From positions 4,177-68,176 of the forward strand of contig JAPKGW010000015.1 of the NCBI GenBank assembly GCA_026647365.1: 64,000 nt of DNA. Direction: 5' to 3'. The position numbers and the translations under genes were made by a program. Numbering within the stretch: the stretch's first letter is position 1; every line of letters begins with the position of its first letter. The notes under the pieces are model-generated. The model did not search any database. It saw nothing but the letters and a program-made list of their open reading frames with translations, and was not told where the DNA came from. The stretch comes from Phycisphaerales bacterium. Lineage in GTDB: Bacteria > Planctomycetota > Phycisphaerae > Phycisphaerales > UBA5793. Of the stretch, positions 46,245 to 55,200 are shown piece by piece.

Positions 46245-47711
46245 TCAGACCATCTGCACCACGCGATGCACTTCGAGGGGAATCGTCACTCCCTCATCCA
46301 CGAGCCGCTGTCCCTCTTCGCCCAGCGTACGCATCCCCGCCTCTCTTGCGGCGGTGCGGATCGACGCGAGCGGGGCGCCCTCCGTGATCAGATGTCGCAG
46401 TCGCTCATCGAGCGGCATGAATTCGAAGAGGCCGGTGCGCCCCTTCAATCCCGTCCCGAAGCACTCCGCGCAGCCCTTGCCTTCGCACGCTCGGTGCGTC
46501 GTGCGCACCAGTCGCTGCGCCAGCACGGCGCTGAGCGAAGCGCTCACGAGGTACGGCTCCACGCCCAGGTCCACCAGGCGCGTCACGGCGCTGGGAGCGT
46601 CGTTCGTGTGCAATGTCGAGAAGACCAGGTGCCCCGTCAGGCTCGACTGGATCGCCACCCGCGCCGTTTCGGCATCGCGGATCTCGCCGACCATGATCAC
46701 ATCCGGGTCTTGCCGCAGGATGTGCCGAAGCCCCGTCGGGAAGGTGATGCCCTTTTTGCTGTTGACCTGCATCTGGCTTACCGCGAGTCCGACGGTCGCG
46801 AGTTCATACTCGATCGGGTCTTCGATCGTCATGATGTTCTGCCGAGGCGAGGCGGTGCGGCGCAGCGTTGCGTAAAGCGTCGTTGTCTTGCCGCTGCCGG
46901 TGGGGCCCGTTACCAGGATGATCCCATTGCTCTGGGTCGCCCGCTCTAGGAACGCCGCCGCGACTTTGGCGCGCATCCCTAGGCGCTCGAAGTCGCACAA
47001 CTGCTGCGTCGAATCGAGCAGCCGCACTACGGCGCGCTCCCCGTAACTCGTCGGCACCGTGCTCAGGCGCAGATCGACCGGGCGATTCCCAATCGTCACC
47101 GTCGCCCGCCCATCCTGCGGGATGCGCTGCTGGGCGATGTCCATCCGCCCCATGACTTTAATGCGGCTCACCACCGCGGAAGTCACTTCGGGAGTGAGTT
47201 CATGCACGTCATGCAACACGCCGTCCACGCGGTAGCGCACAATGGTTCGGTCGCTCAGTGGCTGAATGTGCATATCGCTGGCGCCCTTGCCCAGCGCCTC
47301 GAAGAGCATGGCGTCGACCAGTTGGATCACCGGCCCCTTGCCCTGAGTCGAAAGCAGATCGCGGTCGGCCTGCTCAAGCCAGCGCGCCACGGATTGTGAC
47401 CCGCTCGCGGACTCCGCGCCTGAATCGACCGTTGCGGACTGACCATTCCATCCCGATGACTTCCTGTGCTGCGAGTACGCCTCATCGATCATGCAGGCGA
47501 TCGTCTCAGCCTCGCCGATCGTGGACCGCACGCGCACCTCAAGAAACGCCCCGACATTGTGGATCGCGGCCGGACTGGTTGCCTCGCTCACGAGGAGGTT
47601 GAGTTCCCCGCCCTCCCGTTCGAAGCCGAGGATGAGATGCCGGCGCGCAAAGTCCCGCTCGATGCGCTCAAGGAAGACTTCATCGACAGTTAACGCCGCC
47701 ATTGTCATCAA
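46245..47711 (-). CDS. gspE: T2SS ATPase GspE
   Basis: N-terminal T2SSE_N-like domain, Walker A 'GPTGSGKTTTLYA', 'MVGEIRD', 'GHLVFSTLHTND', tetra-Cys-like 'CEGKGCAECFGTG'. Confidence 0.9.
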   Translation of the reverse strand: MMTMAALTVDEVFLERIERDFARRHLILGFEREGGELNLLVSEATSPAAIHNVGAFLEVRVRSTIGEAETIACMIDEAYSQHRKSSGWNGQSATVDSGAESASGSQSVARWLEQADRDLLSTQGKGPVIQLVDAMLFEALGKGASDMHIQPLSDRTIVRYRVDGVLHDVHELTPEVTSAVVSRIKVMGRMDIAQQRIPQDGRATVTIGNRPVDLRLSTVPTSYGERAVVRLLDSTQQLCDFERLGMRAKVAAAFLERATQSNGIILVTGPTGSGKTTTLYATLRRTASPRQNIMTIEDPIEYELATVGLAVSQMQVNSKKGITFPTGLRHILRQDPDVIMVGEIRDAETARVAIQSSLTGHLVFSTLHTNDAPSAVTRLVDLGVEPYLVSASLSAVLAQRLVRTTHRACEGKGCAECFGTGLKGRTGLFEFMPLDERLRHLITEGAPLASIRTAAREAGMRTLGEEGQRLVDEGVTIPLEVHRVVQMV

Positions 47712-47738
47712 CTCACCCCGTTCATCCGCTCGGTCGGT

Positions 47739-49979
47739 TCACCGGATCACCCGCGGCTCCACGACCGGCCAGCCGTCATCGACCCCGCCCGCCGCGAGCG
47801 GCGCTTCGCTCAGGTACCGCAGATCCTCAAAGTCCAGCCGCCTCAGCACTGAGGGGCGGATGAAGATGTAGAAGCGCGAGCGGTTCTCCGTGCGCGAGCG
47901 GTTCCTGAAGAGTTCACCCACCAGGGGAATGCCCCCCAGCCCCGGCACCTGCGAGACACCTTTGCTCTGGCTCGTGACTTCGATCCCGCCCAAGGCCACG
48001 ACATAGCCATCGGGAATCGTCGCCACACTCTGGAGCCGATTCTCCTGCCGCGGCGGCGGCAGGGAGGGATCGGTCGACTCGCCCACGAAGGAACTGAGCG
48101 TGACGGAGTACTCCATGATCATGTGGTCCCCCTCGGCGATCTGCGGCTTGACCGTCACCACCGTGCCGGCGTCCTGCGTCCCGCCGAAGGAGGTCGTCGC
48201 GATCGTGTCGAAGGCGTTGATGCTCACGAAGGGCTGCTGGAGGACCGAGTTGAGCGACGCCTGCTGGTTGTTGTTGACGAGGAGTTTGGGCACGTTGAGC
48301 GACCGGCCGTCGTTGATGGTCTGCAGCGCCCGCAAGACGACACTGAAATCCCCGGGGCTGAGGACCAGCGCGCTGCCGCCCCGCGCGTTGCCGACGCTCC
48401 GCACGGCGTCGGTCACACTGCTCAGGCCGAAGAGCGAGGACAAGGTGATGCGTACGTCGCCGCTGACCTCGATCTTCTCGAGTTCAACGCCCAGGTCGAG
48501 CGTCTGGCTCTCGCTCAGACTGACGATGAGGATCTCGACCATGACTTGGGGCTGGCGCACGTCCATCTCGCGAATGAGCCGCTCAACCTGCTCGAGCAGC
48601 CGCGGTTCGCCGATGGCGATGATCGTGCTCGTTGTCTCGTCGGCTGTGAGCGTCAGAGCGGGCCGATCTGTTGTGCCTGTCCGGGCAGGGTTGATGGACT
48701 GAGTTCGCTGCGACGGGGTCGATGACTCGTCCTCCGGAGGCGCCTGGGGTTCGCGCTGAGGCGAGCCGGGGACAAGGCGCGGCGCCTCTGTGCGCTGCGA
48801 ATCACCGCGTGGGGATAGAGTAGGTGGCACCGAGTCAGGGCCCGATTCAGCCGCCTCGGCCAGCACTCCGCTGCTCATGAGGCGCTCGAGCACGGCGATG
48901 ACCTCGCCCACCGGCCGGTTGCGCACCTGGAAGGTCCGCAGGGGCCGACGCGCCTCCGCGGGCAGGGCGTTGAGTCGATCGACGAGGGACTGGACTTCTT
49001 CGTGCTGCAGCGCCGTCGCCGTGAGGATGATCGAACCCGTGAGCGGGTCTCGAATGAGTCGCCACTGGTCCCCGCCGCCGCCGGCCGGCTTTGCGACCTG
49101 CTCGATCAGCGCCGCCACTTCATCGAGGCCGAAGTAGCGCGGGCTGTACGTCCGCGTCTCCACCGGCGGAACCCGGTCGAACCGCGCGATCAGTGACCGC
49201 CACCCATCCACTTCACTCTCGGGCGCGATGAGCACAACCGCCCGGTCCCCCGGCTCGGCAATCACTCGGCCTCGGGTGGTGCGAGCCTCGACGAGGTCGC
49301 GCGCCGCAGCGATCGAGGTCAGCACCGCCGCGAGCCGCGTCGCCGGCAGGTGCGCGAGTTCAACGCGCTCCACGACCGACACCGCGCCCGGCGTGTCAAG
49401 CGCCTTGAGCAGTTCCAGCGCCTGCTCGACGCGCGGCCGCAGGTCGGCGATGAGAAGGAGATTGCTGTTGCCGAGTGTGGCCACAGTGCTGCCGCTGCGC
49501 GAGAGGACCGTCTTGATCGCTTCGCTCGTCTCCTTGATAGGCTGATGCTCGACCCGCACGACTACGGCGACAAAGCCCGACGGCGTGTCCGTCTTCGCGG
49601 CGATGTCGCTCACCTCGGCCAGTCCCGCCGCATCCGCCAGACGCACCACACTGAGCATCTTTCGCCCGTCGGCTCCACGCAGGCGCACGGTCGTGAAGCC
49701 GCGCAGGCCCAGCACCCGGTTGGTCAGTTCCCACAACTCGCCGTCCGTGAGCGATTCGGTGAGGCGCAATGTGACTTTGCCCTTGAGGACCGAGGCGTCG
49801 TACTCGACTGTCAGATCAAGCCGCTGGGCGCAGAGGTCAACGAGACGAGCGAGGTCCACCTCGCCCTGGAGCTGTACGCGCGAAGGAGGCTGTCCTGCGC
49901 CGAACACGAGAGCAGGCCGAGCCGTCGTGATGGCCATGAACACCAGAATGCCCAGCACTCGGCGCATAGGAACTGACAT
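47739..49979 (-). CDS. gspD: T2SS outer-membrane secretin GspD
   Basis: Signal peptide, N0-N3-like repeats, and a secretin domain ending 'VPGLGGIPLVGELFRNRSRTENRSRFYIFIRPSVL'. Confidence 0.9.
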   Translation of the reverse strand: MSVPMRRVLGILVFMAITTARPALVFGAGQPPSRVQLQGEVDLARLVDLCAQRLDLTVEYDASVLKGKVTLRLTESLTDGELWELTNRVLGLRGFTTVRLRGADGRKMLSVVRLADAAGLAEVSDIAAKTDTPSGFVAVVVRVEHQPIKETSEAIKTVLSRSGSTVATLGNSNLLLIADLRPRVEQALELLKALDTPGAVSVVERVELAHLPATRLAAVLTSIAAARDLVEARTTRGRVIAEPGDRAVVLIAPESEVDGWRSLIARFDRVPPVETRTYSPRYFGLDEVAALIEQVAKPAGGGGDQWRLIRDPLTGSIILTATALQHEEVQSLVDRLNALPAEARRPLRTFQVRNRPVGEVIAVLERLMSSGVLAEAAESGPDSVPPTLSPRGDSQRTEAPRLVPGSPQREPQAPPEDESSTPSQRTQSINPARTGTTDRPALTLTADETTSTIIAIGEPRLLEQVERLIREMDVRQPQVMVEILIVSLSESQTLDLGVELEKIEVSGDVRITLSSLFGLSSVTDAVRSVGNARGGSALVLSPGDFSVVLRALQTINDGRSLNVPKLLVNNNQQASLNSVLQQPFVSINAFDTIATTSFGGTQDAGTVVTVKPQIAEGDHMIMEYSVTLSSFVGESTDPSLPPPRQENRLQSVATIPDGYVVALGGIEVTSQSKGVSQVPGLGGIPLVGELFRNRSRTENRSRFYIFIRPSVLRRLDFEDLRYLSEAPLAAGGVDDGWPVVEPRVIR

Positions 49980-50026
49980 GACCCTCCAACTCCCGGTGTG
50001 TCAGCGGCATCACCGAAGCGGGGTGT

Positions 50027-50728
50027 TCAGTTCCCCGCGAAGACTGCTTCAATCCCCACGAGATGAGTCGCGAGCCTTTGCCCGGCGACAATGACCTCCA
50101 TCTCCGATCGAATCGCCGCCAGCCGCTGCGCCTTGGAGGGATCAAAGACTTCGCCGCGCCGAATCGCCCTCGCCTCGGCGATGAGGCACTCCTCCAGTTC
50201 GGCCGCCTCCGGAGGCAAGTGCGGCAGAACCTTCATAGCGGGAGGAATGGCGCAGCCTCGCGACCGGCAGCACGTCTGCAAAGCCGCGACTTGTGAGGGC
50301 GACACCCCCTCAAGCGCCGCCTCGACCAGTTCGGACCGGACCGACGCGACCTGCGCATCCGCCTCTTCGCATGCCTGGCGCGCCGAGGCGTAGGTCGAAC
50401 GCAACTCCGGATGGCCGGGGTTCAGAGCGAGCTGCTCGGCCGCGACCGTCATCGCTTCGCACGACTGGTTGGAATCGAACTTCGCGGTGGAGAGAGCGGT
50501 GCGAAGGGTCGTCGCGGCGGACAGACGAACGAGCAACTCTCCCGCACTCTCCGCATCGAAGCCAGCGACGGCGAGGGTTGCAGGATCGAATCCCAACTCG
50601 ACCGCCAGGTCTGCGGACTCGTGAAGAGCGTTGTGGGCCATTTCGATCGTTGAGGTGGTGCGAAAGAGACCGAAAGAAGCGCCCGCAGCACCAAGCAACG
50701 CCAGGATCAAGAATGCCAACTTCATCAC
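50027..50728 (-). CDS. Hypothetical secreted helical protein, first gene of the T2SS operon
   Basis: Signal peptide 'MMKLAFLILALLGAAGASFG'. Ala/Glu-rich helical sequence with 4 Cys. No recognisable motif. 48 bp upstream of gspD. Confidence 0.5.
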   Translation of the reverse strand: MMKLAFLILALLGAAGASFGLFRTTSTIEMAHNALHESADLAVELGFDPATLAVAGFDAESAGELLVRLSAATTLRTALSTAKFDSNQSCEAMTVAAEQLALNPGHPELRSTYASARQACEEADAQVASVRSELVEAALEGVSPSQVAALQTCCRSRGCAIPPAMKVLPHLPPEAAELEECLIAEARAIRRGEVFDPSKAQRLAAIRSEMEVIVAGQRLATHLVGIEAVFAGN

Positions 50729-50845
50729 GACACCTCCCGTTCAACCACGATGGTCACACTGCGCTGTTGAGGGACCGCGCCCAAACAGCCCGCATAGCAT
50801 GACGGATCGTGTAGGAAAAGTCAAGGCGAGTGCGACAGGCTTGGA

Positions 50846-50856
50846 TTATCCACAAT
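50846..50856 (+). promoter_or_regulatory. TTATCCACAAT motif (perfect DnaA-box 9-mer), copy 1
   Basis: Exact TTATCCACA at 50846-50854 in the divergent intergenic region. The function is not established. Confidence 0.3.
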
Positions 50857-50934
50857 GACCTGATTTGAGTCGGATCGCGTAGGTCATTGGCACATAGCAA
50901 CTTGCGGCCGTTTTGGCGATGGCAGCAGGCCAGT

Positions 50935-50945
50935 TTATCCACAAT
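50935..50945 (+). promoter_or_regulatory. TTATCCACAAT motif, copy 2
   Basis: Exact TTATCCACA at 50935-50943, in the same orientation, 89 bp from copy 1. Confidence 0.3.
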
Positions 50946-50958
50946 TGAGAGCATGGCC

Positions 50959-50988
50959 TTGACGACCCCGCGGCGTATCCGGTATACT
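50959..50988 (+). promoter_or_regulatory. Sigma70-like promoter candidate (TTGACG-N18-TATACT) for the DUF1573/Rhs transcription unit
   Basis: -35 at 50959-50964, -10 at 50983-50988. The ATG of the downstream ORF is at 51000, which implies a near-leaderless mRNA. Confidence 0.35.
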
Positions 50989-50999
50989 GCGATCCGAGC

Positions 51000-52244
51000 A
51001 TGGATGCTCCTCACAGACACGAAAGCGAGGGACTCTTGCTTCGTCGCCACGGGATCATCCACCTCCTTTCCGCCACCTTGTGCGCAGGGGCACTGTCGAT
51101 TCCGGCATTGGTGTGGTCGGGATCGGTCGATTTCGACGGCATCACGGCGGATGATCCCCCCACATCGCTGGTCACCCGTCCGTTCGTTGGCGCCAGCGGT
51201 CCCCCGAGCGACCCGATTGCAGCCGAGCCGCCCCCCGCGAATGGTTCGGGGACTGAACGCAAAAGGGCCGCAGCCGATGCGGACTTGGACGGCGATATGA
51301 TCGTCTTCGATCCGCCGATGGTCGACTTCGGGCGCGTCCTCGTTGGCTCAGTGGTCAGTCAGGTGGTCTGGATCATCAATGGGTCGGATTTCCCGGTTAT
51401 CGTGATGGAGACGAAGTCCACCTGCGGCTGCACAGTCGCCCGGATGACTGAATGGACCATTGCTGCGGGAGACGGGATTCCCACACGAATTGAACTGGTC
51501 GTGCCCCGCCGCGCATCGACCATTCAGAAGCAAGTGCGATTCCGATTCGGCGACGGACAGCCGGATCGTGTGTTGACGGTGAAGGCGCACGCGGTGCAGC
51601 CGGTCGTTCTGAGCCCGGAGTACCTTCGTGCGGACAACCTCGGCATTACCCGAGTCGTGGTTGAATCGACGGACAGTCAGCCATTCAGGATCCTCGGCGC
51701 AACACCATCAATACTCACTGATCCTGATGGGAGCAACGCGTCCATCCTGCATGAAGTAGGAATCGACAGGCTCCTCTGGTATGCCACGGGACAGCCCGAC
51801 CGAATCGACCTGCAACTCGATCATCCCGAAGCCAGTTCAGTGTCACTTTCCGTACGAGTGTCCTCGCTTCGGTCCGGTCACCGGTCCATTGATCAACCTT
51901 CGAGTCACGCGCGCGTCAAGATCATCCCACCGCCCAGACTGATGCTGTCCACAGATCGTCTCAGATTCGGCAAGGTGTCAGAGGAAGCGCCAAGCCAACT
52001 CGAACTAGCCATACTGGGGTCATTCGCTCCCGACACTCAGCCGGATCTCCGGATGGATTCTGGGCTGGCGGACTTAATGCTCGTTAGCATCGAGCACACC
52101 GCGGACGGCCTGACACTCTCCCTTCAACTCACGCCAAGGCCGGACCAAGCCGGCTACCTGCGCAGCGAGCTCGCCGTTCGAATCGGGGCTGCCCGCGCCT
52201 GGTGTGATGTGTTTGCCGCAGTAAACCTCACGACACGCGACTGA
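51000..52244 (+). CDS. DUF1573 (PapD-like Ig fold) repeat protein with N-terminal signal anchor
   Basis: 'FDPPMVDFGRVLVGSVVSQVVWIINGSDFPVIVMETKSTCGCTVA' is the DUF1573 signature (…CGCT). Two further Ig-like repeats follow. Confidence 0.7.
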   Translation: MDAPHRHESEGLLLRRHGIIHLLSATLCAGALSIPALVWSGSVDFDGITADDPPTSLVTRPFVGASGPPSDPIAAEPPPANGSGTERKRAAADADLDGDMIVFDPPMVDFGRVLVGSVVSQVVWIINGSDFPVIVMETKSTCGCTVARMTEWTIAAGDGIPTRIELVVPRRASTIQKQVRFRFGDGQPDRVLTVKAHAVQPVVLSPEYLRADNLGITRVVVESTDSQPFRILGATPSILTDPDGSNASILHEVGIDRLLWYATGQPDRIDLQLDHPEASSVSLSVRVSSLRSGHRSIDQPSSHARVKIIPPPRLMLSTDRLRFGKVSEEAPSQLELAILGSFAPDTQPDLRMDSGLADLMLVSIEHTADGLTLSLQLTPRPDQAGYLRSELAVRIGAARAWCDVFAAVNLTTRD

Positions 52245-52262
52245 AAGGGGCCATACTATACT

Positions 52263-55200
52263 ATGATGCATGTCCTCGCGATTCGCCAAGTATTGCGGCT
52301 TTCCCTGTGTTGGATGGCTGTCTGCCTCGGCGCGGACGGCGGTGCCTCGGCACAGGTCGCTCAGGATCTCACCTGCGAAGTAGTTCTATACGATGGTAAC
52401 GGTGGCGAAGTCGAAACGTGCTGTTTCGCTTGCGATAGCCAAGTCAACATCACAGTCACTCGTGGCTTTTGGTGGTCAGCCTGCGTCAATGGCGAGTGCC
52501 AGGATCCGTCAAGTGCCCAATGGATTGAGTACGATGTGATAAGCGCCACTATCCCGTTTTTCAGATGCAACGAGACTACCGCAAGCCCGTCCGACAACAC
52601 GGTGAGCTTTCGAGGCGTCGTCGGATTGAGTGAGTTCACGTTGGGCCATCCGAGATTCCAGGATTGCGACTCGGAAGAGTATGAGGGTGATGAACTTGAA
52701 GTGCTGGTAGTGTTCTACGGTGGTAATAGCCTCGGCGCGGACCCAACATGGACCGTAAGAGCATATTACCCGCCACGGACAAACTTGGACGCTTACGGTA
52801 CTCCGGATGAAGTTTGGTCATCTTTCGACGGTGGCGCCCTCGAACCGAATACCTCCTGCAACGAAGGCTCTTGGTATTACCAAAAGACTGTGTGCCTAGA
52901 CATGGAATCAGGATTTTGTGATGTGCCGCACCCAGTTACATGCGTTGACGGTTGTGACTGGTGTCCCGAAGGGGAAGATGTATTCGAGCAAACGAATGTA
53001 GACCTCTCCGTGTTCGGTCTCTCATCTCAACCTCTGGATTGCGATGATCTGAAGGAGCTCATAACGAATCCATTTAAGTGCAACCTAGGAGGGTCGTTGA
53101 CACCCGTTGAAATCCTTGAACTGCTCTACAACACAGACGGAGAGTGTGGGCCCCCTTGGACATGTGAGTCAATCGTCATTTGCCTCCTCGACATCCTCGA
53201 GCGAGCACTCACTGAGCAAGAAGCCGAAGCGGTCATCGATCAGCTCGACGAGTGGTTTACGGGCGAGAACGAGTGCCCGGACGGCAGCGCTATCACGAAT
53301 CCGCCAAATCCGGATGATGTGCTCGACGGCAGGGACGACAAGTTCCCGACGACCTGCCCGGACGGTGCGGGCGAACTTTCGGCATCGCCCGTTCACCTGT
53401 TCTCCGGCTCGAAAGCGGAAACCGTCATCGAACTGAACGTGCCGCTTCTCGGCGATGATTTTCAGGTGATTCGAACCTACACCAGCAACCCCGCCTACGG
53501 CGGCGCTGGGTTGGTCGGCGAGGGCTGGACGCTCTCCTGCTTTGACTACCTCGTGCCCGCGTATGTCATACACATCGGCTTCGCCTGGGGCGATCCTCGC
53601 GAATGGAGGGCCGCTGGCGGTGGTGTGTACTACCTCAGTGGCGGCTCGGCAGGGCTCGAAGAGACGACACTGAATTCAGTGCCAGTCTACAAGGAGACAC
53701 ATGAGGGTGAGCTGATTCGGTATTACCATCGGAGCGATTCGGGCACCTTTGCGCCACTCAAAGGCATGCTCTATCAGGAAGAAGACTGGTACGGCAACAT
53801 CCGAAGGTACGACTACAACACCGGCTACGGCAAGCCTCGCCTCGAAAGCATCTTCCTTGGCGGGACTGACGAGGCCACCTCCGAGGCGGTCATTCGCTTC
53901 ATGTGGGATCTTGGACACCCGAAGGGACGCCTGCTCTACATGCAGGTGCTTCGGTGGGAGAGCACGGTCCTGCGAGAGATCGAGAAGGTCAGCTATCTCT
54001 ATCAGGCGGATGGCGTGAACAATCACCTCGGCTCTCCCGGCGACCTGCTCCAGGTGACCCACCGGACGCACTTGGATCGCGTTGAGAGCGGTCCGAGCGT
54101 TTCGCACGAGCGCATCACCCAGTACCGGTACCATCGAGAGGGTGTGACGCCGGGCACGAGCGACGACCGCCTCGAAGTCGAGGGCGGCAACCACCAGCTC
54201 AAACTCGTCATCAATCCTGAGCAGATCGAGTATATCGCCCAGCGGCGCAATGAGGAGTCGGGCGGTACGCTTTATCCTGTTCTGAGCAAGGCGCTCAAGG
54301 AGACTGCGGCAGACCTGCTTGAGGCCGCGGACGACGATGAAGTCTTCTCGCCCACCGTAGGCGATCCAATTCTGCTCATCGACCTGGCGAGCAAGATCAT
54401 TGGATACGAGACCTCCGGACTCGGTCGCGTGGCGACGCAGTTCCTCCAGACCGGCGGCTGCGGCTGTAGCGGCGCTAGCGCGCAGGGTCTCAAGCAGACT
54501 TACACATACTTCACGAACGGGACGAACGACGAGTATCGCACCGTCAAGATCCTTGAGGAGCTGTACGACGAGTCCGTGCCTGGGTACATCACATTCCGTA
54601 CGCTCTACTACGACGTCGAGGGCCTCCAGTCGTCGCCGACAGGGCCCTACACGGCGCCGTACCTTGTGAACCGGGCGGTTGTCGAACCGACGGGCGACCA
54701 AAGGGAATGGGTCTGGCACTACGAGTACAACACCGGCAGCGATCGCACGCTCAAGTTCATGATGACGCCATCCGCGATGTCCGCTTACACGCCGGCCGAC
54801 GCGACGAATCCGGCGTCCTACACGGCGCACACGGATGAAGGACTCGTGTACGCCTACACATTCGAGGACTATCGCCTCGAAGAGACACGACTCGGCGAGG
54901 GCAAGCACAGCAACACAGTCGGCGACTACACGCTCATCACCAAGACAACCTACAACGCCACGCGCGAGTGGCTGCCCGATTCGATCGAGCGGTTCCGCGT
55001 GGCCGGATCGACCAACGCTGACGATGTCGAGAAGACGCTCTTCGAGTACGGCTTCTTCAGCTCGACCGACCGCGTCGCATGGATTCGCATCAAGACCGAG
55101 GCAGAGCTGGTCAGCGAGAATGGCCCGGGCATTTCCGGCGGATACTACGAATCATATGAACTCTACAGTTCCTCCGGCGAGAATATCTGGAGTCGTGCAG

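Noticed and set aside
50729-50999. Chromosomal replication origin (because of DnaA-box consensus)
   Set aside because: There are only two boxes, no obvious AT-rich 13-mer unwinding element, and no dnaA, dnaN or gyrB nearby. The region is more consistent with promoter-level regulation, so it is kept as a finding but not called oriC.
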